Positions 30,899 to 40,225 of a DNA stretch of 60,651 nucleotides are shown here, piece by piece. Origin of the DNA: a virus (lineage: Duplodnaviria > Heunggongvirae > Uroviricota > Caudoviricetes). Made by a program: the position numbers and the translations under genes. Position 1 is the first letter of the stretch. Every line of letters starts with the position of its first letter. The notes under the pieces were generated by a model that was not told the origin of the DNA, did no database searches, and was given only the letters and a program-made list of their open reading frames with translations. The DNA lies in IMG/VR virus record IMGVR_UViG_2690315748_000001, positions 1 to 60,651 of that record, one strand, 5' to 3'.

Positions 30899-31000
30899 AT
30901 TTTAAACGTTTAAAACCTTTTAAACTCTTTTAAATTACCTTTAAACTCTCTTAATTTGCATTAAAAATCGTGTTTAAAATGTTTAAAAACCTTTTAAATC
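30899..31000. repeat. Phased TTTAAA array
   Basis: TTTAAA units at roughly 10-bp period upstream of 31070. Confidence 0.55.
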
Positions 31001-31069
31001 GACTAAAAATGCTCGATTTTTGCCTGAAATCACTCAAAATGGGCTAAAAATAGATCAAAAACACCCGAA

Positions 31070-32218
31070 ATGACTGATTTCCTATTTGGAAGTGTCTTAA
31101 ACACGCCTAATTACGACTATATGGCTAAAAATCGTAAGATATCAACCCTAGAGTTTGACTATCTGGCTCATATGGAGCCTTATATACCCAATGCAGATAG
31201 AAATGGCTATAAAGACCTTAAATACTCCCTTCTGGACACTATAGAAGGTGTATTTGGCGATAAGTGGTTCAATTTGAAAGATTCAACGAGACAGGCGATT
31301 GATTATATCTGTTTCCTATCTCTTGAGCGTGGATTTATCTATGCGAGTCCAGATCATATCGCTAATAAGTATGGTGTTGCTCGATCTACTGTATATGAAG
31401 CTCTGAAAGTACTCAGAGAGCAAGATATACTCTACAAAGCGAACAGATGTTCTAAGAAACAAAACGGCTTAGGATGTGCTGTACACTTCTTCACTATACA
31501 TCCATATTTTTCACATATTATTGGTTACTTAAACCTTGATTGGAAACCGAAGGAGAAAGCTGATCGGAAAGCTGAAATCGCTGAAATCCCTTGTGGGACA
31601 AGCGCTCCAAGCAATTTTGAGGATGCTACCTTGTCTTTACCTTCTCAAGACCTTGAAAAAAGAGATTTACATATTAATGTGTCTGAGACTCATTTTGAGA
31701 ACACGCCTATAATCAAATATGTTCCAAAGGAGATTAATGCATTATATGCTGGTATTTTCAACTTTAGACTACGTTTCATCTGGCAGAAGATTACGCAAGC
31801 ATGGAAAACTATTAAACATGCTTCTCTTGATCGTGCCTATCTTCTTGAAACTGGTACTAGAATCATTAAACGTATCTATCAGATTTGGAAAGACAAAACG
31901 CATCAGAATGCGGAAATGACTGTTGATGAGATGTGTGCCTTTGCTTATAAGGCTACTAGAGATTCGATCTATAGCACTCTTGCTACAGAGTATATGCAAG
32001 ACTATGACTCTGAGGAAAATACGCTCATGAGTGAAGCTGTGCGCTCTATTCCTGAGTTTGAAAAGATTTGCTTGAGCATTTATCCGAATTATAATTATAA
32101 GGCTGTCAAAGAGCATGTTGTAGGCTGCATTGAATGGGCATATCGTATGATGCGTCCAGAATCCATCAAGAGGATCGTAGCGAATTACGACAAGTATTCC
32201 TCTATCCTCTACGTGTGA
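31070..32218 (+). CDS. HTH protein, plasmid Rep-like candidate
   Basis: N-terminal HTH ASPDHIANKYGVARSTVYEALKVLRE. Confidence 0.5.
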   Translation: MTDFLFGSVLNTPNYDYMAKNRKISTLEFDYLAHMEPYIPNADRNGYKDLKYSLLDTIEGVFGDKWFNLKDSTRQAIDYICFLSLERGFIYASPDHIANKYGVARSTVYEALKVLREQDILYKANRCSKKQNGLGCAVHFFTIHPYFSHIIGYLNLDWKPKEKADRKAEIAEIPCGTSAPSNFEDATLSLPSQDLEKRDLHINVSETHFENTPIIKYVPKEINALYAGIFNFRLRFIWQKITQAWKTIKHASLDRAYLLETGTRIIKRIYQIWKDKTHQNAEMTVDEMCAFAYKATRDSIYSTLATEYMQDYDSEENTLMSEAVRSIPEFEKICLSIYPNYNYKAVKEHVVGCIEWAYRMMRPESIKRIVANYDKYSSILYV

Positions 32219-32920
32219 GCTGCCACATCTGCTCTATGACGATCTTTGCGCTCTAACGAGTGTAAGAGATCATAGCAGCTTCTTGTCTAGCAATCTATTA
32301 TCATTATTGCCTGTAGTAGATAGGTTTATACATCGTGGAATAGATTTATTTTTGACCGCTATCGCATTCCTGTAGATAATGACAGGTGTCGATAGGTGTG
32401 TTTTGCCCTATTGGATCACCAGAGACGATAGAAAGCCTCTCTAAGGCTCTAGGAGGGATTCTAGTATATTTCGACTGGTGTTACGACAGGGCTTTATCGT
32501 GGCTACGAGAGGGTATTTTAGCGCTCGTCGGCTCGGTTAGGTGGTCTGGTTGCCGTGAGTATGTGTTCGACAGTTATGTAATGGTAATTTTTGGTTTTCA
32601 ACTGTAAACCATGCCCCCACCCTTGTCAATCCTTTTCACATAATTTATGTTATGGGAAAAGTGACCGTTATTTTTTTCTGAGCGTTAAAAACATTTCTAA
32701 CTCTAAACAGTTTTAACCTAGTGCAGAAATGTTTCTTTAAGGAAACTTTTTGTCATGACTAAAATTGTTTGAGCTTTGTCTAAATTGTTTCAATAAAAAA
32801 TATTATTTAGTTGTCTTCAAAAATGTTTCCTAAGAGAAAAACTTTTCATCTTAAAAAAATTTTTTTCGCATCGCTCATTAATTAACAAGGGCGCGCGAAC
32901 GCAAGTATTCTACCTGACTG

Positions 32921-33055
32921 CTAACTATCTCACTCCAAACCTCACACACCAACACCCAACACTCCAAACCTCACTACCTCTCACACCTCACACAATGCCA
33001 CCTAACACATTCCATCACCTAAGCCTATCCATCCTATTCAAACCTATCTTTTAAC
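32921..33055. other. Strand-asymmetric C/A-rich tract
   Basis: Only two G in 135 nt; CACTCCAAACCTCAC at both 32931 and 32960. Confidence 0.75.
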
Positions 33056-33177
33056 GCTTAAATGCAAAGCAAAAAATATTTGAAAAACATTCAATTTACC
33101 ATTTTATGGACTGTACTTATTTCGGTTCCTATGATACAATAAGAATGTGGTTGAGGGACTACAACTAAAAGGAAAAG

Positions 33178-34248
33178 GTGGTTAACACAATGGTAAACAT
33201 TAAAAGTAAATCCGCATTCTTTAAAGCGGTAAACATGGTATCATCTAAAATGGAAGGTGACAGAGCCGCACGCATGGCACTAGCTCATGCAATCGTTTCT
33301 AATTGCAGACTAACAGAAATAAACGAACTGTTCGAACGCGAATCAATGACTACACTTGTGAAGCTGGTAGTAACAGCAGGTATCACACCCGAAACAGTTG
33401 AAGAAGCTAAACAAACAAAGAAACCTAAACAAACTTCCAATGAGCCAAAGAAAGTACAAGCTAAACGTAAACAAAAAGTAATAGCTCCAGCCGAAAAGAT
33501 TGTATATACTGGATTACCTGATAGCATGAATGAGTTTACAAAGGAACAACGCGAAACAGTGGAAGGGATCATATTGCGATACATAGAGAACGCCAACAAA
33601 CAAGAAGGCGCACATATGGACGCGCAACGCTTCAACTATATTGATGGTATGAACGCACTAACAAACGTTACATCAATAGAAGACTTACAAGCGGTTATGG
33701 TTGCGTACTTCATGCGTGACTATGCAAGGAAAGTAATTAATAAGTATTTAGAAATGGGCGTAGGATACAAGAAGCTGAACACATCTAAAGCCCTTGAGAA
33801 CATCGAACAAAAGCAGTCTTATATGCAAGCATCCAGTAATAGAGGTAATATCCAAGCATTCGATGCGGACGATATCCTAAATGATCTGATTGTTGATGCA
33901 TATCGCCTAACATTTAATGAATCTATGTTTGATAATACAGGTAATGCACTGACAACAATATTTTACCGCATATCTAACGTTATCCAAGTGAGAACACGCG
34001 AATTGCGCAACCAAACCAAAGTAGTAACAGCCAAAAAACAATATATCCAAGAAGAAGGCGCATCATACAGTACAGAAGAAGAAGCTTTACAGATGGCGGT
34101 TGAAATGGGTATTTTCACAGATGCAGAAATGGAAATAATTCAATTGCGTGTAGCAGGATTTAAAAAGAACGAAATTGACAAAATGTTTGGGAAACGCACT
34201 GATAGAACTTTTAATAAAATGGAACAAAAATTTTATAAAGCAGTATAA
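33178..34248 (+). CDS. ECF-like RNA polymerase sigma factor with N-terminal extension
   Basis: Region-2-like DADDILNDLIVDAYRL...FDNTGNALTTIFYRISNV; region-4-like FTDAEMEIIQLRVAGFKKNEIDKMFG. Confidence 0.6.
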   Translation: MVNTMVNIKSKSAFFKAVNMVSSKMEGDRAARMALAHAIVSNCRLTEINELFERESMTTLVKLVVTAGITPETVEEAKQTKKPKQTSNEPKKVQAKRKQKVIAPAEKIVYTGLPDSMNEFTKEQRETVEGIILRYIENANKQEGAHMDAQRFNYIDGMNALTNVTSIEDLQAVMVAYFMRDYARKVINKYLEMGVGYKKLNTSKALENIEQKQSYMQASSNRGNIQAFDADDILNDLIVDAYRLTFNESMFDNTGNALTTIFYRISNVIQVRTRELRNQTKVVTAKKQYIQEEGASYSTEEEALQMAVEMGIFTDAEMEIIQLRVAGFKKNEIDKMFGKRTDRTFNKMEQKFYKAV

Positions 34249-34304
34249 AAAAGTGTGGGATTCTCTCGCGCATCCATATAACTAATATACAGGAGGGGAA
34301 AATA

Positions 34305-34460
34305 ATGAGCCTACAAGAAACTTTAGAAAGAGTATACCAACAACGCAAAGAAGCCCAAAAGAGAAAGCCTAAATTGAACATTCGCGGCGCGGTTATCATG
34401 ACCCAAAAAGAACTAGCTGCTTTAAATAGACGAAATTCAGAAATGTTTATTGTGTCCTAA
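34305..34460 (+). CDS. Small hypothetical protein (51 aa, not in ORF track)
   Basis: MSLQETLERV...; RBS AGGAGG; first gene after the first repeat promoter. Confidence 0.6.
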   Translation: MSLQETLERVYQQRKEAQKRKPKLNIRGAVIMTQKELAALNRRNSEMFIVS

Positions 34461-34488
34461 TACAAAACAAAAAACGGAGGGAATTAAA

Positions 34489-34782
34489 ATGACACTATCA
34501 GCGAAAGAGCTTGTTAAAAAAGCATGGAATGGCAAACACACTTGGAAAGATGACTATACAGTCAAAGTGGGGAAAATCAACCGTAATGAAGCGTATGAAA
34601 TTGTATATCAACCTAGCCATGAAGAGTTTGACAATCCCTATAAACTTTCTATCGCTAAATTGCAAGACGATTCGACAGTACAAGGGGAATATCTTGAACA
34701 TTATAACAGCTTAGATGCTGCAATGAATGTGGTTGAACAACTCAAAAAAAATAGCAAACAGGAGGAACAAAAACATGTTTAA
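34489..34782 (+). CDS. Hypothetical protein
   Basis: RBS GGAGG, ATG at 34489. Confidence 0.7.
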   Translation: MTLSAKELVKKAWNGKHTWKDDYTVKVGKINRNEAYEIVYQPSHEEFDNPYKLSIAKLQDDSTVQGEYLEHYNSLDAAMNVVEQLKKNSKQEEQKHV

Positions 34783-35116
34783 AAAGTTCATTATTGCAAT
34801 GCTTCTAGTCGTATCATTCATAGGTGCAACACTTCAAGAATCAGCAAACGCATATACCACAACAAACGAAAGAATCGAATATACAGACACTATCAAAATC
34901 GAAAATGCTTCATATAGTGAAATAGATGGAGTGTTCTATGTATATACAGTCAAGGATCAAACAGGTGGCTTTTGGGTTATGGACTTTGAACCGCTAAAGG
35001 GTGAAACGTTAGAACAATTCAAAAAGCGCGTCATAGGTCGCTATCTGATTGTTAAATATTTAGATGATGTACAAACAGAAGACGAAACAGAAATAACAGG
35101 GAAATATATTTGGTGA
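34775..35116 (+). CDS. Putative exported protein
   Basis: Signal-peptide-like MFKKFIIAMLLVVSFIGATLQESANA. Confidence 0.7.
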   Translation: MFKKFIIAMLLVVSFIGATLQESANAYTTTNERIEYTDTIKIENASYSEIDGVFYVYTVKDQTGGFWVMDFEPLKGETLEQFKKRVIGRYLIVKYLDDVQTEDETEITGKYIW

Positions 35117-35243
35117 GAATGGGCATACGCTCATTCTCTTTTTTTGATTTTAAAATGTCGTGCTAAAATGAATTTAGCGTGTGATTTTAGGATCAAAACA
35201 TATAACTATATATGAGGGAAATAAGTATAAAGGGGATAAGATA

Positions 35244-35633
35244 ATGAGTAAATTTATTAAAGTGGAAACCAGTTTTAAAGTAGGTTCAATGAATAGCATA
35301 GTGGGAACATTTGAGATGAGTAGCAGCACCTTTGACAATGATATTAGCAAGTTAAAAAAGTTTTTAACATATGCATTTAATGATGAGCATTCAAACGTGA
35401 TCTGTGACATTCAAGTGTGGGACGACAGTTATAAAGTAAATGATAAAGAGTCTGTAAGGATAATACATGACTGGTACAATAACAGCTTTGACGAGCGAAC
35501 GTATAATGAGCTTGAAAAATCATATTCGAATAGTCTAGTCAGAGACTATGGAACAGAAGGTAATGCTAAAAAGGAAATGAAAAAGCGCATTCTCAAGTTA
35601 ACCAAAGAGATAAACAACAAAATACAAAATTAA
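35244..35633 (+). CDS. Hypothetical protein
   Basis: Follows repeat promoter; RBS AAGGGG. Confidence 0.7.
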   Translation: MSKFIKVETSFKVGSMNSIVGTFEMSSSTFDNDISKLKKFLTYAFNDEHSNVICDIQVWDDSYKVNDKESVRIIHDWYNNSFDERTYNELEKSYSNSLVRDYGTEGNAKKEMKKRILKLTKEINNKIQN

Positions 35634-35708
35634 ATTTATACGAGTGTGGGATTTTATTCCACACTCGTATAACTATATATGAGGTAAAAATACATAACAT
35701 AAGGGGAA

Positions 35709-35963
35709 ATGAAAAAAATGAAAACTGTACAACAACTCGCACAAGCTAACAATGATAAAAAGATTGGTAGTCACCAAGTGAAGTATTCTAAACAAGAAGA
35801 AGGAACTAGATTCTTTATATACTATAACACCACAATTTGTACTGTGGATGATGTGAACAAAACATTTAGTATTGATGCAAGCTATGGCACACAATCCACC
35901 ACACGCGCATGTAATGCCTATCGTAGACACTTTTTAGATGAGGGCTACAGTGAAATTGTATAA
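35709..35963 (+). CDS. Hypothetical protein
   Basis: Follows repeat promoter; RBS AAGGGG. Confidence 0.7.
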   Translation: MKKMKTVQQLAQANNDKKIGSHQVKYSKQEEGTRFFIYYNTTICTVDDVNKTFSIDASYGTQSTTRACNAYRRHFLDEGYSEIV

Positions 35964-36040
35964 ATCATTTAAAAGGCGTGGGGATCGTCTCGCGCCTTTA
36001 TATTAGCATACATAATATAATCAAAGGGAGTTTTTAATAT

Positions 36041-36304
36041 ATGTTGAAAACTATGCTTTTACTCAAGGCTTTAATTTCTTTTGCTTCTACAATTGAAACA
36101 GAAGAATATACAGTGACAGACACACATATTGTCCAAGATGGTTATACATTTATGAAGTCTGTCAACCTCACAGAAGGTACGCAACTATGGTTTACCGCTG
36201 ATAATGTAGTAGGTGACAATAGACTTAAAGTTGGCGATATAGTGACAGGTGTATTTAATGATGAACGCTTAAATGAGGATCAATTTTTTGTATATAAAAA
36301 TTAG
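36041..36304 (+). CDS. Hypothetical, possibly exported protein
   Basis: Hydrophobic N-terminus; RBS AAGGGAG. Confidence 0.65.
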   Translation: MLKTMLLLKALISFASTIETEEYTVTDTHIVQDGYTFMKSVNLTEGTQLWFTADNVVGDNRLKVGDIVTGVFNDERLNEDQFFVYKN

Positions 36305-36484
36305 TTGAAGGTTAATTATTAATAACACACATGTATAGGCGCGTTAGCTACGCGCCTTTTTCATGCCTGAAAACATGTATCAAACTCATTTTGGTGTGTG
36401 TTTTTGTGCTTGAACCAAATAACTATATATTGAGCTAATAGAATGAATGAAAATAAATAAAATAATATGGTGGTGTATTAAGTA

Positions 36485-36700
36485 ATGGAACGTATAGAGT
36501 TTTTAAAAGGTGTTATTGAAGGAATGACAAAAAACTGTATAAAGTCTCTTCCCATTAAGCAAAATGACTTAGAGCCTGTCAAAAGTATTATAGCGGATAA
36601 AGAAGATAGAGATTCTTTCATAATTACAGATAATCATGGTCGCCTTACACTAAAATATGAAAACAAGAAAAATAACAGAATGACGCTTTTTAGTGAATGA
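36485..36700 (+). CDS. Hypothetical protein
   Basis: Follows repeat promoter. Confidence 0.6.
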   Translation: MERIEFLKGVIEGMTKNCIKSLPIKQNDLEPVKSIIADKEDRDSFIITDNHGRLTLKYENKKNNRMTLFSE

Positions 36701-36737
36701 CATATCAATACACCATATCATTTAAGGAGAATTTTAC

Positions 36738-36872
36738 ATGAAGTTTAAAAATAAAATTGATGTTTATTTTGATCTGCAAGGTGATACAGAAGGTCAACTC
36801 TTATATTATGGTATGATCGGTGTTATGGTGTTTGTTATGGTAGGTGGTACGCTTGGGAATCTTTTAAATTAG
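36738..36872 (+). CDS. Small membrane peptide (44 aa, not in ORF track)
   Basis: MKFKNKIDVYFDLQGDTEGQLLYYGMIGVMVFVMVGGTLGNLLN; RBS AAGGAG. Confidence 0.6.
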   Translation: MKFKNKIDVYFDLQGDTEGQLLYYGMIGVMVFVMVGGTLGNLLN

Positions 36873-36936
36873 TGTGTGATTTTATCATTCACTTGTATAA
36901 TTATATATGAAACCAAAACAAAAGGAGACAATTCAC

Positions 36937-37311
36937 ATGTTTAAATCATTCAACGAAATCACGGAAGCAATCAAGGCTGATAAAACATTACCATTCAAAA
37001 TTATCGTGGAAGGTGAAACATATTTCACAGTCGAAGACGCAGAAGGATTCCGCGCATACATGCAACTTGAAACATTGGGATTTAGCAAAAGGTTTGAATA
37101 TGCACTTTCCTTGTCGTGTAGCACTGTCCACAAGCCAAACAGAAAGACAGGTTCAGGGCGTAAAGGCGTAGAATGTCCACCTGATTCCACTTTGGAAACT
37201 ATCGTTAATTGTCTAAACAGAACACTTGATGAATCAAAGCGACGTATCACATTAGGACAAGAAAGAATGGATACACGCAAGCCGCACGAAAACGGAAAAT
37301 ATTTGGTTTAA
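36937..37311 (+). CDS. Hypothetical protein
   Basis: RBS AAAGGAG, ATG at 36937. Confidence 0.7.
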   Translation: MFKSFNEITEAIKADKTLPFKIIVEGETYFTVEDAEGFRAYMQLETLGFSKRFEYALSLSCSTVHKPNRKTGSGRKGVECPPDSTLETIVNCLNRTLDESKRRITLGQERMDTRKPHENGKYLV

Positions 37312-37332
37312 TGTGTGATATTCTTATAAAGG

Positions 37333-37584
37333 ATGGTGTCTCTAATGACTGTGCAATTAAAAAAAATAAAATTAATAGATTGGGTTGAAATAACTAAACA
37401 TGTAACAGTAAAAGCTGTTTATTATGTTGATGGAACATGTGAATGTGCTGTTATGACCAAGTGGTTTAAATTTGATGATTGGTCTATTGAAGAAGATTAT
37501 GTGAAGCCGAGAAAAAATATGAGTCCTATGGAAGTGTATGGTTATATTGAATATGAAGTGAAGCCAGCATATTTGGAAAATTGA
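37333..37584 (+). CDS. Hypothetical protein
   Basis: + strand array ORF; start uncertain. Confidence 0.6.
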   Translation: MVSLMTVQLKKIKLIDWVEITKHVTVKAVYYVDGTCECAVMTKWFKFDDWSIEEDYVKPRKNMSPMEVYGYIEYEVKPAYLEN

Positions 37585-37672
37585 ATTTAAGCTTATTTTA
37601 AAGAGCGTGGGAAACCGCGCTCTTTTTGTATAACTATATGTGGGAAAATAAAACGGAAAAGGATGATAGATA

Positions 37673-37984
37673 ATGGCAGAAAAACAGATCGTGAAGGATT
37701 TTGAAATGAACAAAATGAGAGTGGAAGTTAAAATTGTTTATGACTTAGGTGGAATGAACTACTTTACATCCAATGTTGATGCACGAGGTTATTATGTGCA
37801 TGTTCAACCATACACCGTAGAAAAACATGATGGTTATAGCATGAGAAAGATGTTGGGGTTTAGCGGTGTAAAAATGCTTCTACTAGAAGTAAATCGTAAA
37901 TCAGCTAAGAAGCTACAAGAAGCAGTAAACATGGTGAGCGATGAAATGATTGATACAATGGTAAAACAATGCAAGTTTGAATGA
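37673..37984 (+). CDS. Hypothetical phage protein
   Basis: Follows repeat promoter; RBS GAAAAGGA. Confidence 0.7.
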   Translation: MAEKQIVKDFEMNKMRVEVKIVYDLGGMNYFTSNVDARGYYVHVQPYTVEKHDGYSMRKMLGFSGVKMLLLEVNRKSAKKLQEAVNMVSDEMIDTMVKQCKFE

Positions 37985-38067
37985 AAAAAATGGGGATGTG
38001 TGGAATTGCATCCCCAATTGTATAACTACAATCAAACAAAAAACTAAACTGAATGGGGATATATAAA

Positions 38068-38385
38068 ATGAAAACATCTACAAACAACACTAACAGAAAC
38101 GCTAAGGCTTCTTTTGAGGAAATGCTACATAAGGCATTTGGATTAATCGAAAAAAAGGCTCATATGCAAATGGTGGTTCTGGAAGCGGTAGAACACATTC
38201 ACGAACAACTGCACAAGAAGTTCGACATTGTGTTAGACACAAAACTAAACATCATAGAATGTCCATGCCCGAAAAAATGCGGATCAATCAAGGTGTCAGT
38301 AATATTTACAGCTATGACATTTACGCCAGAAGGCATTGGAATGCATGAGGGTGAAATGTCGGGTATTATCATGCCGAAAAAATAA
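38068..38385 (+). CDS. Hypothetical protein
   Basis: Follows degenerate repeat promoter; RBS GGGG. Confidence 0.65.
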   Translation: MKTSTNNTNRNAKASFEEMLHKAFGLIEKKAHMQMVVLEAVEHIHEQLHKKFDIVLDTKLNIIECPCPKKCGSIKVSVIFTAMTFTPEGIGMHEGEMSGIIMPKK

Positions 38386-38410
38386 TAAAGCATAGCCAAC
38401 TACGGTTGGC

Positions 38411-38553
38411 TAGTTAATTCAGCACACAAGCTTTCCCTCTTATTACCCTTTTCCGCTTGTGTGCTGAATTAACTATATGGCTTTTAAAATTAGTGTTCAA
38501 TCGGGTTCCCTCTAATCACCCTTTTCCCCTGATTGAGCATTAATTTTTAAAGC
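38411..38553 (+). ncRNA. Candidate structured RNA: twin long stem-loops with near-identical C/U-rich loops
   Basis: 21-bp perfect stem (38411-38431/38455-38475) and 26-bp stem with three G-U pairs (38480-38505/38528-38553); both loops TTCCCTCTwATyACCCTTTTCC. Confidence 0.6.
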
Positions 38554-38603
38554 TGTGTAATTATTAGCTTTTATTATATAACTATATATGAGGTGATAAA
38601 ATA

Positions 38604-39062
38604 ATGAACATTAAAAGTGCAAGTTTCACTGATAGAATGGGAAGCGTTACATATGAAGATGGCACTATTGAACACATGACATATGATGAATATATTATTA
38701 AGCAGCGCAATTTTCAATACACTTCGATTGCTCAACTCATACGATACCTTGATAGGAAAAGCGCATTTTATAGTGCTGGTCATAAAAGGTCAATTGAAAG
38801 GGTGACAGTGTTTGAAAATAGGATGGAGATTTTTGACTTATCGGATAAAGATGTAATGACAAACGATGAACACAAGAAAGTCGCTAGGCTTCTTCTACGC
38901 TATCAACGCTATTGTTATTACTGTAAGGAAATTTTACCACAATGGCGAGAAGTTGATCGTATTAACTTTGCTGACAACTCTGTAGAAGTAGTTCAAATTA
39001 ATAGGTATGGTGAAAAACGTCATGTTATGGTGACAGCTCCGCATGGTGATGCTTGTTATTAA
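38604..39062 (+). CDS. Hypothetical protein
   Basis: Follows repeat promoter; RBS GAGGTG. Confidence 0.7.
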   Translation: MNIKSASFTDRMGSVTYEDGTIEHMTYDEYIIKQRNFQYTSIAQLIRYLDRKSAFYSAGHKRSIERVTVFENRMEIFDLSDKDVMTNDEHKKVARLLLRYQRYCYYCKEILPQWREVDRINFADNSVEVVQINRYGEKRHVMVTAPHGDACY

Positions 39063-39140
39063 TTTTTAGTTTTTATCGTGTGTTTTTGATGTGAACTCAT
39101 ATAACTATATACGAACAAAAAAATGAAAGGATGATATGAC

Positions 39141-39470
39141 ATGGAAATTCAAAACGGAAAATTCTCACTGATCGAAGCGGACTTAACAAAAGAGGACTTC
39201 AAGCGCGAATGGAGCCACATTGAACAGGCTGGCGTATATGCTTTACTTGATGAATTTTTGTCAGAATTTTATGACGAACAGATGAACGCAAATAGCTTTT
39301 TTGGTCTTGCTTGGACAAGTTCAGGAAGGTTTAGCGAACTTGGTGTGCAAAGTCCAGACATTACAATTGATGGAAATGAGCTAAATGCATTTCTCATTCG
39401 GAACAATAACCAATTGATTGCACATTGTTTTGATGAAGATGAAAATGATCTATTCTATGAAGTCCAATAA
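39141..39470 (+). CDS. Hypothetical acidic protein
   Basis: Follows repeat promoter; RBS AAAGGA. Confidence 0.7.
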   Translation: MEIQNGKFSLIEADLTKEDFKREWSHIEQAGVYALLDEFLSEFYDEQMNANSFFGLAWTSSGRFSELGVQSPDITIDGNELNAFLIRNNNQLIAHCFDEDENDLFYEVQ

Positions 39471-39548
39471 ATGACAAACAAGCCCATGACTATGGTATAA
39501 TGGTCATGGGCTTTCTTACTCATAAAGACATAGGAAAGCGGTGTTTAA

Positions 39549-39809
39549 GTGGATATTCAAACGTTAAAAGAATTGATTCAGGAAAAGGTGTCAAGGCTTA
39601 AAAGAGTTGAAAAAAACATGCAAACCTTACTTGCTGAAATAAATAATATGAATATTGGATTGCCAGAGGATCAAGCAGAAAGATATGTATGTCTTGCTGA
39701 AAGATTGAGATGGTTTAGCAAGAGACTTGATGACCTATCATATGAAGCAGAACATTTATCATCTGAATTAGCGACTTTAAAAATGATTGAAAATCAAATG
39801 AGTGTGTGA
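39549..39809 (+). CDS. Hypothetical coiled-coil protein
   Basis: Stop codon lies inside the next repeat (GTG TGA). Confidence 0.65.
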   Translation: MDIQTLKELIQEKVSRLKRVEKNMQTLLAEINNMNIGLPEDQAERYVCLAERLRWFSKRLDDLSYEAEHLSSELATLKMIENQMSV

Positions 39810-39836
39810 TTTTAGTTCAATTGTATATAACTATAT

Positions 39837-40166
39837 ATGAGGGTAGAAAAGAAAAGGATGATACATATTAAAACGCCAACAGATTTTAAAGGAACTATTC
39901 AATACTATAATCCAAGCAAACACTATAGTAGGCTTCCAATCCACGCTAGATTAATTAAAGGTGGAGGTTTCGAAGCAAAACATGATGACGAGGGGAATCA
40001 TGTTGCAATGTGTCATGGTAATCTTGGTTTGCCTGTCTTGTCATACGATGAAAGCGCAACACCTGAGAATGTAACATGCATCACCTGTTTAAGAATGCTT
40101 GAATCAGGTGAAAGATATGGTTCACATAGCGATGAAAGCGAAGAAGATGCGTCAAGTTGGATTTAA
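39837..40166 (+). CDS. Hypothetical protein with Cys/His cluster
   Basis: H...MCHG...VTCITC; start may be the downstream ATG. Confidence 0.65.
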   Translation: MRVEKKRMIHIKTPTDFKGTIQYYNPSKHYSRLPIHARLIKGGGFEAKHDDEGNHVAMCHGNLGLPVLSYDESATPENVTCITCLRMLESGERYGSHSDESEEDASSWI

Positions 40167-40225
40167 TTTTCTGTGAGTGTGGGATTTAGTCCTACGCTCA
40201 TATAGCTATAAGTGGAGGTGATCGA

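Noticed and set aside
30700-30900. Minus-strand 66-aa ORF
   Set aside because: No RBS; the start runs into the TTTAAA array and the end overlaps a terminator-like hairpin
32386-32607. Minus-strand 73-aa ORF in the gap
   Set aside because: GTG start without a convincing RBS; no recognisable features
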